NCBI GenBank assembly: GCA_019057795.1
Contig: JAHLWS010000067.1
Span: 1 to 64,000, forward strand
DNA: 64,000 bases
Direction of reading: 5' to 3'
Source of the DNA: Promethearchaeota archaeon
GTDB lineage: Archaea > Asgardarchaeota > Lokiarchaeia > Sigyniarchaeales > SOKP01
Both the position numbers and the translations under genes were made by a program. Below, piece by piece: positions 1 to 9,268 of this stretch (position 1 is the first letter of the stretch; the number at the start of each line of letters is the position of its first letter). The notes under the pieces are model-generated. The model had not been told where the DNA came from. It was given only the letters and a program-made list of their open reading frames with translations, and made no database searches.

Positions 1-164
1 GCTTAGCCCTCGGATCGCTGTTTTCACTCATATTCGTGGCGTTCATAGTAATAGGTTTAATTATTCGCATTGTATTTGAAGATAAAATGCTTCATGAAGA
101 ACTTGAAGGGTATAAAGAGTATGCTCAAAAAACTAAGAAGAAGTTAATACCCTTTATATGGTAA
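1..164 (+). CDS. 3' end of an isoprenylcysteine carboxyl methyltransferase (ICMT/PEMT)-family membrane protein, cut by the window edge
   Basis: Frame from nt 3 reads LALGSLFSLIFVAFIVIGLIIRIVFEDKMLHEELEGYKEYAQKTKKKLIPFIW*. RxxxE(D)xxL..L.GY.EY...LIPFIW is the typical family C-terminus. Not in the ORF track. Confidence 0.8.
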   Translation, partial: LALGSLFSLIFVAFIVIGLIIRIVFEDKMLHEELEGYKEYAQKTKKKLIPFIW

Positions 165-817
165 AAAGGGTCTATGACACTAAGCTTGAATTTTACGATT
201 TTTCTGGTAATTTTGGAGGGGCTTTAACGAGTACAACAGCCCATGACCTTGGAAATCCCAACGACGATGCTTGGGCCTTAGCTACAGAAGAATATTTGGA
301 TAATCCTGCTAATCCTGGAACAAATGTTATAATGTGGTCTTGGTGTAATATTGCGGGGCATAATATATCTAGATACATATCTCATATGGAATATTTGATT
401 TCTGCCTACTCTGCGGGTGGTTCAAAAGGAAGGACTTTAGAAAACGAGACTAAATTTGTATTTATGACGGGTCATGTAGATGGTCAAGGAATAGGTGGTA
501 CTAATAATCTACAAAATGAAATTATTCGGAATCATTGTATAACATATAATAGGATATTATTTGATTTTGCTGATATTGAAAGTTACGACCCAGACGATAA
601 TTACTTTTTAGATTTAAACGTTGATGACGATTGCAGTTATGATGGGGGGAATTGGGCATTAGAATGGCAATCTACTCATGATGGCGGTAATACCGAACCA
701 GATGGAGGAGAATGGTACTCGTGCAGTTCTGCCCACTCTCAACCTTTAAATGCAAATTTAAAAGCTTATGCTTCATGGTATTTATTTGCTAGGTTAGCCG
801 GTTGGAATGGAAATTAA
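158..817 (+). pseudogene. Probably 5'-truncated extracellular hypothetical protein (SGNH-like 'WSWC...MTGH...DFADIES...C.HS' family)
   Basis: Conserved-looking motifs NVIMWSWC, FVFMTGH, LFDFADIESYDPD, CSSAHSQPLN, LFARLAGW. No signal peptide or RBS, and the start overlaps the upstream ICMT stop. Confidence 0.5.
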
Positions 818-933
818 ATAATTTTAAAATTTCTTTTTAAAATATTAAAAAATTTTTCCTTGTTAAAATATAACTTTAAATATTTTTGAAGGGTTAATCT
901 TTATAATATTCAAATTATTAGGTGAGTAAATAA

Positions 934-1251
934 ATGACACCGTTTAAAATACCAAAAATAAAAACGCCTGAAATTCCTAAAGTTGAGGGTTTAGATCCTG
1001 AAGTTTTAGAAAAAATCAAAGAAATTTTAGAAACTGTTGCAGATTTAATTACTATAGAAACTAAAGCAGGAGAAATAGTTAAAGATGAAGTTAAAGGCCC
1101 AATTCATGATAAAGTGATGGAGCAGCTTGAACCGTCCTTAGATAATGATATTGCTAAAAAATTAGCGGATAAAGCAGTAGACAAAGCTATTGATAAAAGT
1201 TGGGACAAAATCAAGGAAAGATTAGTATTGAAATTCTCTAAAGAAGAATAA
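934..1251 (+). CDS. Hypothetical helical protein
   Basis: 105-aa ORF, GGTGA RBS upstream, poly-T tract downstream. Confidence 0.75.
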   Translation: MTPFKIPKIKTPEIPKVEGLDPEVLEKIKEILETVADLITIETKAGEIVKDEVKGPIHDKVMEQLEPSLDNDIAKKLADKAVDKAIDKSWDKIKERLVLKFSKEE

Positions 1252-1279
1252 AATAGTTTTTCATTTTTTTTTTTGAATG

Positions 1280-1795
1280 CTATTTCAGTTTATAACGTAA
1301 TTTTCCTCTATACAAGATTATTCCAAGCACAAGAATTAACGAGATAATTATGAAGCTAACGCTATATCCTGAAATATTTGGAAGGTAATATCGAGTTAAG
1401 GTGTCCAAATTACATTGTAAATAAAAGGTGTCGGGGCCGTTCTCGATTAAAACAAGTTGGATGTAATAAATTTTTGACTCTAACGAGGTGTAATAGATGT
1501 AAGGGTTATCGTCTTCACTATAATTTATCGCAACATCAAAAATTCTTGGGTTAAGGCTTTTATCAAGGTTTATAAATGATTCAGTGGGACGCTTATCAAA
1601 TAGAAATAGTGCAAAATTTCCATCCCCAGTGTGAGTTATGTTAATTTCAATAGTTTGACTATTGTTTAAATGAGTTAGGAAATATACAGAAATTCCATCG
1701 TTAATGTTATCTATGTGCTCGAATCCAGAAACATTAACGGGCGGTATTAAAATGAATAAAGTAAAAACTGTAAAAGTGAGAAATTTACGTTTCAT
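1280..1795 (-). CDS. Secreted, membrane-anchored protein with Loki-CTERM-like sorting signal
   Basis: N-terminal signal peptide (MKRKFLTFTVFTLFILIP). C-terminus PNISGY + transmembrane helix + basic tail (YRGKLRYKLK). Confidence 0.65.
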   Translation of the reverse strand: MKRKFLTFTVFTLFILIPPVNVSGFEHIDNINDGISVYFLTHLNNSQTIEINITHTGDGNFALFLFDKRPTESFINLDKSLNPRIFDVAINYSEDDNPYIYYTSLESKIYYIQLVLIENGPDTFYLQCNLDTLTRYYLPNISGYSVSFIIISLILVLGIILYRGKLRYKLK

Positions 1796-2008
1796 AATTC
1801 CGTATTCATAATAGTTTTAAGTTTGATATAACGTTTATATTAACTTAAGTTTTATTGAATTATAAATCTAAGTCGTATTGTCAATTGTTAATTTAAAACA
1901 TTGAAATATTATAAATTGCCAATACATTTTTCTTAATCGAAATTTTTTTCAATAAAGGTTTAATTAATTTATAAATATAGGTTCAAAATTTTAATTATAA
2001 TTGTATGT

Positions 2009-2899
2009 ATGGTCAAAATGGATAAAATATTTTTAGAAAACTTGGATTTTGAAAAGCAACATGGATTAGGGAACGACTATATTTTAATAAATAACCTCAA
2101 GTGGGGTATCCCTGATATTAAAAAGGCAGATTTGGCTAAAAAATTATGTAAACATCATTATTCAATCGGGGCTGATGGGATTTTATTTGTTTGTCATCCA
2201 AAAAACACGGAAGTACGGATAAAAATCTTTAACCCTGACGGTTCTCAAGCAGAAATGTGTGGCAATGGCGTTCGATGTTTTGCTAAATACATTTACGAGA
2301 ACGACATTTACAAAAAAGACGAAATTGAAATTGAAACGCTTAAAGGAATTGTAGTTGCAAAACTCAATGTAATTGATGATCAAGTTAAATCCGTAAAAAT
2401 CGATATGGGGGCCCCTATTTTAGATTGTGATCAAATCCCAGTTGATTTAAAAGATCCTGTAAAGCAATGCGTTAATGAATCTATAATAGCTTTAGATAAA
2501 ATCTTTAAATTCACAGCAGTTTCAATGGGCAATCCTCACGCTATTATATTTACAAGGGTGACATTAAGCGATGACGAGCTAAATAGATACGGAGCGTCTA
2601 TAGAATCAAACGTACTCTTTCCAAAAAAAACAAATGTAGAATTTGTAAAAGTTCTTTCTAGAGAGGAAGCGATTCTAAGAGTTTTTGAAAGGGGCGTTGG
2701 TATTACTAATTCATGCGGAACGGGTTCTTGCGCTGCTGTGGTAGCGGGAACTATTTTAGGATTATTTGACGAAGATATTCCAATTACGGTCCACAACGAT
2801 GGGGGCGATTTGATAATTACTTATAATGGAAAAACGGTTTTTATGGAAGGGCCAGCAGAAAAAGTTTTTGAAGGGATAATCGATAGAATTGAATTCTAG
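2009..2899 (+). CDS. dapF: Diaminopimelate epimerase
   Basis: KQHGLGND, GADG, NPDGSQAEMCGNGVRC, SMGNPH, NVEF, RVFERGVG.T..CGTG motifs. Confidence 0.97.
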   Translation: MVKMDKIFLENLDFEKQHGLGNDYILINNLKWGIPDIKKADLAKKLCKHHYSIGADGILFVCHPKNTEVRIKIFNPDGSQAEMCGNGVRCFAKYIYENDIYKKDEIEIETLKGIVVAKLNVIDDQVKSVKIDMGAPILDCDQIPVDLKDPVKQCVNESIIALDKIFKFTAVSMGNPHAIIFTRVTLSDDELNRYGASIESNVLFPKKTNVEFVKVLSREEAILRVFERGVGITNSCGTGSCAAVVAGTILGLFDEDIPITVHNDGGDLIITYNGKTVFMEGPAEKVFEGIIDRIEF

Positions 2900-2971
2900 C
2901 TAAAATAAACAATATTAAAAAGTTTTTTATTCAAAAAACATATCGTTAATTAAATTAGAGGTAATTCAAGG

Positions 2972-4285
2972 TTGAAATATGCTGATTGGTTAAATAAGAA
3001 GGGATTAGAATATCGCGACGATGTGTTGTATTTTGCTGGTATGAATATTTTAGATATTGTTGAAGATTACGGTACTCCTATTTATGTTATTAACGAACAA
3101 ATGATTCGCGAACGTTATAGAAGGTTAAAAAATGTAGTAAATTCCGAATACAAGAAAAATCAAATACACTTCGCTGTTAAGGCTAATTCTAATTTATCAA
3201 TTTTAAAGGTACTCAATTCAGAAGGAGCTTCTTTCGATTGTACATCACAAGGAGAGATATTTACGTGTTTCAAAGCAGGAATTAGTCCAGAAAAAATAAT
3301 ATACACCGGAAATATGTTTACGGACGATGATTTTGAATTCGCCGTTAAAAACGATGTTTTAGTCAATTTGGATAGTTTAAGTCAATTAAAACGGTTAGTG
3401 GATATTTATGACAAGCTTGGGAAGGAAAAATCAACGATTTCTTTTAGAATAAATCCCGAATTTGGAGCTGGGCATCACATTCATACCATTACTGCAGGGA
3501 AAGATATAAAATTTGGCATATTAGAAGAACAAGCAATTGAGGCGTACAGAAAAGCAAAAGAATTTGGCTTTGAGAATTTTGGCATCCACCAACATATTGG
3601 TTCTGGAATAATTAACGCTTACGATTACGAGAAACCAACTGAAAAATTCCTTAATATCGTTAAAAAATTAGCTAAAACTCTCGAAATTAAATTTGAATTC
3701 ATCGACTTTGGAGGAGGGTTGGGGATTCCTTATCAACCAGAAGAAGATCCGTTAGATTTGAATGTTTACAGCGAAATTGTTATAAAACCTTTTATAGAGT
3801 TATTAAAATCGGAGGAAATAGGCGAACCAGCGTTCAAAATTGAACCGGGACGATATTTATCTGCTGAGTCGAGTATTATTTTAACGCAAATAAATACAAT
3901 TAAAAACAATGGGTATAAACTATTTGCAGGAGTAGACGCGGGTTTTAACACGCTATTAAGACCAATTTTATATAATTCATATCACCATATTATACCCTGT
4001 AATAAAAAGGATAAAGAAAAAACGTTAACCTATGATGTTGCGGGACCGATATGCGAATCTGGAGATATCCTTGGTAAGAATAGGGAATTACCAGAATTGA
4101 ACGAGAAAGAGTTTCTTGCTATACTCGATGCAGGTGCCTATGGCTTTACTATGAGCAGTACTTATAATTCAAGACCAAGAGCTGCTGAGATTTTAATCAA
4201 AGATGGCAATATTCACAAAATTAGAGAGGCAGAAACATATGATGATTTATTAAAGAATCAAATTATCCCCGATATTTTGAAATAA
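2972..4285 (+). CDS. lysA: Diaminopimelate decarboxylase
   Basis: FAVKAN (PLP lysine), KFG, HIGS, DFGGG, EPGRY, GPICESGD, GAYG..MSS.YN.RPR. Confidence 0.97.
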   Translation: MKYADWLNKKGLEYRDDVLYFAGMNILDIVEDYGTPIYVINEQMIRERYRRLKNVVNSEYKKNQIHFAVKANSNLSILKVLNSEGASFDCTSQGEIFTCFKAGISPEKIIYTGNMFTDDDFEFAVKNDVLVNLDSLSQLKRLVDIYDKLGKEKSTISFRINPEFGAGHHIHTITAGKDIKFGILEEQAIEAYRKAKEFGFENFGIHQHIGSGIINAYDYEKPTEKFLNIVKKLAKTLEIKFEFIDFGGGLGIPYQPEEDPLDLNVYSEIVIKPFIELLKSEEIGEPAFKIEPGRYLSAESSIILTQINTIKNNGYKLFAGVDAGFNTLLRPILYNSYHHIIPCNKKDKEKTLTYDVAGPICESGDILGKNRELPELNEKEFLAILDAGAYGFTMSSTYNSRPRAAEILIKDGNIHKIREAETYDDLLKNQIIPDILK

Positions 4286-4415
4286 GAAATCGCAACAGTT
4301 TTATTTCATAAAAAAGAATAAAAATTTTAGTGATTTATATTATCACGAGATAGAATTATAAAAAAGGAACATTTAAGGACTGGATACCCTTTAGATGTTC
4401 TAAATGAAGAGTTGG

Positions 4416-4557
4416 CATTATGAAACCTGTGAATTCAGGTTAATGATAATACTGATCTGCTCTGAGAATTTTTATAATTTTATCTTACTTTTTAAGATGC
4501 TCTTGATGTATAAAAAAGATTTTAATTACAAGCCTAATACTTCGTTTGTAGTATATA
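4416..4557. repeat. 142-bp direct repeat, copy 1 (includes last 10 codons of an old dapB allele, YTTNEVLGL*, on the minus strand)
   Basis: Near-identical to 5875-6016 (CATTATGAAA.CTGTGAATTCAGG.TAATGATAATACTGATCTGCTCTGAG...AAGCCTAATACTTCGTTTGTAGTATATA). Confidence 0.95.
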
Positions 4558-4625
4558 ATGATTACAAATATAATTTTATCTCATTCCTGTGAAAAAGAGT
4601 AATTCTATTTATGAAATTATAAGCC

Positions 4626-5735
4626 CTATGCCTTAACGTTTTTAATTTGCTCTATTCTTGGAGGGGGAATAAATACATTTCTAGGTCCTGTTCTTTCGAG
4701 TTTAATTGCTTTTTCAGGGCAATGATAAGCGCATAAACCACATCCAATACACTTATTCTGATTTATAACCGATATCATCTCTATCAATTCCACTGCTTCT
4801 GTAGGGCATATATTAACACATGTACTACAGCCAATACAAATGTCTTTATCCACATTCGCAAGGTATGATGTTAGAGAAAATATTGGAGCCATTCCCCGAT
4901 AATAGGATTGGAAGGTTATACAACAACATTTACAACAGTTACAGAAAGTAGCTTCAACATTTTCAGGATTAAGATTTGCATGAATTGCTTTATGAACAAG
5001 CCCATGGTTTGCGGCCTCCTTTAAGATAAGCAATGCATCTTTCTTAGAAATTTGCTTAGCACCATGTTCCATTGCAAATTGAGCATTCCTACCTAAAAAA
5101 AAGCAGGTTAGCTTAGGAGCATTTCTCTTACATGGGTCATTTAGAAGTTCTTTTTGATGTCTGCAATAACATGTGCCGATACTAATTAAATCAAATGTTT
5201 CTATAAGTTTTTTCACATCCTCATATGGCAGTATATTTTCTTGCTCAATGTCAATCATTTCTTCAACAGGAACAATTCTATCGAAGGGTGGGAATTTTCT
5301 GTATTGATTTATGATGTTATCATAATTGTTTTGTGTAATCTCAGTAGTTTTAGCAAATAACTTTTCATATTTATGAGCTAGATTTATTTCTCTTTCCCCT
5401 GTAGTCCCTTTCATAAAAGTGGATTCAAGAATTCCAGGAATAAGCCCTATCAAGGTATATACCATTATTCCCGTCCTTCTGCTAGGAATACCGGTTATTA
5501 TTCCGTTATGTGTTAATTCATTTAGCATTGTAATTAATGACTTTTCGTCTAAGTCCGTTTTGGCTTTAAGTTGATCAATGTTTAGTTTAGGTTTTCTAAA
5601 AATTAAAATGAATTTAGCCTGTTCTTCAGTTAATAATGCCTGCATCAATTCAATATATGCGTCAGTTATAGGAAAAGGGAATCCACCAGCTTTTGCAAAA
5701 GTCCTTGCTACTTTATACCAAAATTTTTCCACCAT
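4626..5735 (-). CDS. 4Fe-4S dicluster protein with N-terminal HTH-like region
   Basis: CYCR, FCNCCKCCC, CIGCSTCVNICP, CIGCGLCAYHCP. Start moved to ATG 5735 because GGTGG RBS lies 6 nt upstream. Paralog of 48846-49964. Confidence 0.88.
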   Translation of the reverse strand: MVEKFWYKVARTFAKAGGFPFPITDAYIELMQALLTEEQAKFILIFRKPKLNIDQLKAKTDLDEKSLITMLNELTHNGIITGIPSRRTGIMVYTLIGLIPGILESTFMKGTTGEREINLAHKYEKLFAKTTEITQNNYDNIINQYRKFPPFDRIVPVEEMIDIEQENILPYEDVKKLIETFDLISIGTCYCRHQKELLNDPCKRNAPKLTCFFLGRNAQFAMEHGAKQISKKDALLILKEAANHGLVHKAIHANLNPENVEATFCNCCKCCCITFQSYYRGMAPIFSLTSYLANVDKDICIGCSTCVNICPTEAVELIEMISVINQNKCIGCGLCAYHCPEKAIKLERTGPRNVFIPPPRIEQIKNVKA

Positions 5736-5874
5736 TTTTTCCACCTATATGAATTACCGTCTTAGTACTTCTTTCTAATTTGGTTTTTTCACCATCTATA
5801 AGTTTATGGATAATTTAAGATATGATAAATAAATATTTAATACTTATCTACACTGATTACAAATATAATTCTAT

Positions 5875-6016
5875 CATTATGAAAACTGTGAATTCAGGAT
5901 AATGATAATACTGATCTGCTCTGAGAATTTTTATATTTTTATCTTATTTTTTAAGATGCTATTGACATATAAAAAAGATTTTAATTACAAGCCTAATACT
6001 TCGTTTGTAGTATATA
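5875..6016. repeat. 142-bp direct repeat, copy 2
   Basis: Near-identical to 4416-4557. Confidence 0.95.
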
Positions 6017-6068
6017 TTTTGTTTTCTTTAGCTTGTACAATAAACTTAATCGCTTTAATTGCACCTTC
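5985..6068 (-). pseudogene. dapB: Orphaned 3' end of dapB (displaced allele)
   Basis: Minus strand reads EGAIKAIKFIVQAKENKIYTTNEVLGL*, colinear with the DapB C-terminus TGAIRAIKYIAKQKESKIFEMKDVLNL* (14/27 identical). Confidence 0.85.
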
Positions 6069-8505
6069 CAAAAAATTTAGAGTTTAATTTAACATTTCTT
6101 AGAGATAATTTTTACAAGAACATTAAATTATAAGAGTGTTCCTATTAAAATAGTTATACTTATTACTTGTTAATTAGTAGTCTCTCAATTTAAATATATC
6201 AAATAAATTAAACTTAAATTACCACCATATTAAAATAATTTTATTAGAGATCTCTTATGATTAAAGGAGATAAATCAATTACATCAGTTGAAAAATATAA
6301 GCTAATTTGGGAATTCATTCATAAACATATCAAAAATAATAGCGAAAAATTGCTCAACCTCAAGGAAGGAAATGATAATAATGATTTTTTTGCATATTTA
6401 ACTGAGGTACTAATGGATAAATTATTGACCGAAACCAGATTGTTAAAAAATTTGCATCGAAATACCCTAAATGCACTACCAAAAGTTATTACTGCTATTT
6501 TTTTATTACATCTTCAAAAAATTAAGGCATTTAAAGGGGATGACCTAGAAAAAAAGTTTGGAATGGCAGGGCAATATAAAAAATTGAGAGCAATAGCAGA
6601 TCATCTTGGCTTGGAATTACCTTTCATTATGGGGGATGTAGTTGAGAGAATTCTTGAAGAAAAAAAGGAAGATATTTTTAAAGGTAAATTCTTTCCCTCT
6701 CAAGAAAATTTATGTAAGCTGGATAAGAGGCTTACTCATTCTAGAAAAATGGTTAAAACTATCTCTAGATGGATTCGGAAGAATTCTGATTATCATAATT
6801 TGACAGAAGTTAAACTAATAGTTTATGAGAAAAAAGATAAAAAATCAATAGAAGAAGAGAAGAGATTTGTATTACTAGATAGAAACAAATTTAAACATAG
6901 TGAAGAAGTTAGGAAAATTTGTGATGAGATTATTCAAAGAAATCCAGAAATAAATTCTTATGCAGATTTAAGAAGGAATATTGGAGTAGATGTTTCACAA
7001 TATTTTAGGACTGATCATCGTCGCTATATTAAGGTTTCGGAATTTTTGAAAATACAAAATTTGTATGGAAGACCTATACAACACAAAAAATATGTTAAAC
7101 GTTTCACTAATGATAAATGGATCTTTCTCTGGCAAGATTCTGAAGGAGAACCCATAGCTAAAGAGCAGGCTATTATTTTAGCTTCCAAGTATCTACTTAA
7201 AGATATTTTAAAAAATGACACCACTAAATATGATTTGGATTATATTAATAACATATTAGGTCGAAATGATTATACCACTGCTTTAGGTGTAAGAGGAATT
7301 AGATATAATGAAGCCTTAGTAAAATTAGGACTAGATTTACATTCAGAACCTGGAAAATGGGAAGATCTTGATTGGAGTTTGGATAAGCACTCGCGAACGT
7401 ATGATGAGGCTTTAGATAATGCAGCAAAGCATCTTAAAGAATTAATGGTAGATTATGATTATGAAGTCACCAAAATTCCTTCTCAACAATATATCGTAAA
7501 TCAGCACGAAGATTTTTATGGAGCTCTTAAAAGGTATAGCATTGATTTTTATGATGCATTAAGAAAAGCTGGCTTTCCAGAAGATAAATTCAGAAAAAAA
7601 TGGTGGCTCTTTGATAATGATGAGCAAGGTAACCTTCTTACATCTCAGGAACAAGGAAAAAAAATCTTCCAGTTTTTCAATGATAAAATTTTGCCAATAT
7701 ATATCGACAAAGGTTTAATTGGGGGGAATCTTGGACCAAGCTATGGTGATGCGATAGACTTTTTGAAGGATACCGAATTTCATGGTTTTGTAAGTGCAAT
7801 AAATGCGAGGGGAGTTGCACATGGAAATCTTCTATTATCGGTTGGACTATCACCACGGATTACACCAAATCAACAAGCAGGTAATGCTTTTCATTGGATT
7901 GCTGAAAACCTTTTTATGAAGCATACAAGAATAGATAATTGCTGTATATCTTATTATGAATCCAAAATTAACGACGAGAATTTTGTTAGATCGGATAATA
8001 CTATTATTGTGAATGAAGATTTTCGCAAGCTTTCAGAATTTACAAGGCGAATTCCAACAGAAATTAAATATATTCACATTGATTATTATTTGTTTCATTC
8101 AAATAAGAGATCACAATATAAATTTGATCGAGGTTATCAAAGCAAAGATTCAATTTTACTATTAGTTCCACTTAATATTAAAAAAAGTAGAAAAACACAA
8201 CTCAAAAATATCAAAATTCTTTCGGTTTACGATTTTTGTGATTTTTTTGGTTTTTCTGATGAAAGAAGAGAGATTACCATTCATTTTGCACGATTAGCAT
8301 TAGGTTCGGTTAGGGGGACAGCTGATAGCTTAGAAAAATTGTCGATATTAAAGCAGAAAGCTGATAAGTATAAAAATGAGCTACAAAATAATCCAAAGAT
8401 TAATTTTACTTTATAAAAAAATTAAAGATTAAGAACATCTTTCATTTCGAAGATTTTACTTTCTTTTTGTTTCGCAATATATTTTATTGCTCGTATTGCT
8501 CCAGT
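6069..8505. mobile_element. Nuclease element inserted in dapB carrying a replacement 3' end (right boundary uncertain, may extend to ~8780)
   Basis: Old dapB 3' end at 5985-6068, nuclease gene, then new dapB 3' end tail-to-tail 5 bp from the nuclease stop codon. Confidence 0.7.
6257..8416 (+). CDS. Putative site-specific endonuclease: helical DNA-binding repeats plus divergent C-terminal PD-(D/E)xK-like domain
   Basis: Three repeats resembling homing-endonuclease-associated repeats (RGIRYNEALVKLGL, RYSIDFYDALRKAGF, RGVAHGNLLLSVGL). C-terminus G..FH..AE...YYE...RSDNTI...IHIDY. Confidence 0.6.
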   Translation: MIKGDKSITSVEKYKLIWEFIHKHIKNNSEKLLNLKEGNDNNDFFAYLTEVLMDKLLTETRLLKNLHRNTLNALPKVITAIFLLHLQKIKAFKGDDLEKKFGMAGQYKKLRAIADHLGLELPFIMGDVVERILEEKKEDIFKGKFFPSQENLCKLDKRLTHSRKMVKTISRWIRKNSDYHNLTEVKLIVYEKKDKKSIEEEKRFVLLDRNKFKHSEEVRKICDEIIQRNPEINSYADLRRNIGVDVSQYFRTDHRRYIKVSEFLKIQNLYGRPIQHKKYVKRFTNDKWIFLWQDSEGEPIAKEQAIILASKYLLKDILKNDTTKYDLDYINNILGRNDYTTALGVRGIRYNEALVKLGLDLHSEPGKWEDLDWSLDKHSRTYDEALDNAAKHLKELMVDYDYEVTKIPSQQYIVNQHEDFYGALKRYSIDFYDALRKAGFPEDKFRKKWWLFDNDEQGNLLTSQEQGKKIFQFFNDKILPIYIDKGLIGGNLGPSYGDAIDFLKDTEFHGFVSAINARGVAHGNLLLSVGLSPRITPNQQAGNAFHWIAENLFMKHTRIDNCCISYYESKINDENFVRSDNTIIVNEDFRKLSEFTRRIPTEIKYIHIDYYLFHSNKRSQYKFDRGYQSKDSILLLVPLNIKKSRKTQLKNIKILSVYDFCDFFGFSDERREITIHFARLALGSVRGTADSLEKLSILKQKADKYKNELQNNPKINFTL

Positions 8506-9243
8506 AGCAAAACAATTTCTATTTATTGCAGTATGCTTTAGTTCGATATATTCTCCAGAACCAGCATATAATATTTTATGTTCTCCAACTATATCACCAG
8601 CACGTATACAATGAATCCCAATCTCATTTTTAGCTCCTTTTTCTCTTAATCCTTTACCCCTAGATCGGCCATATTTAGTTATATCCTCCTTTTTTACTTC
8701 TAGCACTTCACAAATGGTGTCAAGTATTTTAAGAGACGTCCCACTGAAGTTATCTTGTTTTCGATTATGATGGGTTTCAATAATCTCAATGTCCCAATCG
8801 TTTAAATATTCAGTTAAAATTGCTGCTATTTTGAATAAAATGTTTACGCCCGTTGCCATATTAGGCGAAATCACTGCTGGAGCCTTCTTTGTTTTTACAA
8901 GGTTTTCGAATTCATCGAGAAAATCTTGGGTCATTGCTGTTGTTCCAATTACGCATTTAATTCCGTTTTCAACGCAGATTTTGCAATTTTTTTCTGTTGC
9001 TTTTGCCACAGTAAAATCTACAGCGACATCTGGCTTAGTTTCGTCTATAACTTTTTGAAGATAATTAACATCACTGATTTTGATTTTATTCCTATCTTTT
9101 ACGGCTAAGAGCCCTCCTAATTCTTCGCCGATATTATTTACATCGCAAGCGGCAACTACTTCAATTTCTTCTTCCTTTAACGCTAATACACTAATAAGCT
9201 TCCCCATTATCCCCGTAGGGCCTAAGATTAGTAATTTTATCAT
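8422..9243 (-). CDS. dapB: 4-hydroxy-tetrahydrodipicolinate reductase
   Basis: GPTGIMG, VDFT, VIGTT, SPNMATGVN, EIIETHHNRK.D..SGT, IRAGDIVGEH. GGTGG RBS. Confidence 0.96.
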   Translation of the reverse strand: MIKLLILGPTGIMGKLISVLALKEEEIEVVAACDVNNIGEELGGLLAVKDRNKIKISDVNYLQKVIDETKPDVAVDFTVAKATEKNCKICVENGIKCVIGTTAMTQDFLDEFENLVKTKKAPAVISPNMATGVNILFKIAAILTEYLNDWDIEIIETHHNRKQDNFSGTSLKILDTICEVLEVKKEDITKYGRSRGKGLREKGAKNEIGIHCIRAGDIVGEHKILYAGSGEYIELKHTAINRNCFATGAIRAIKYIAKQKESKIFEMKDVLNL

Positions 9244-9268
9244 TATAATCCACCTTAAATCAAGCTTT

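Noticed and set aside
4404-6087. ORFs 4404-4592 and 5902-6087 as a pair of small paralogous proteins
   Set aside because: Their similarity comes from the 142-bp DNA repeat. The meaningful reading frame is the dapB tail on the opposite strand.
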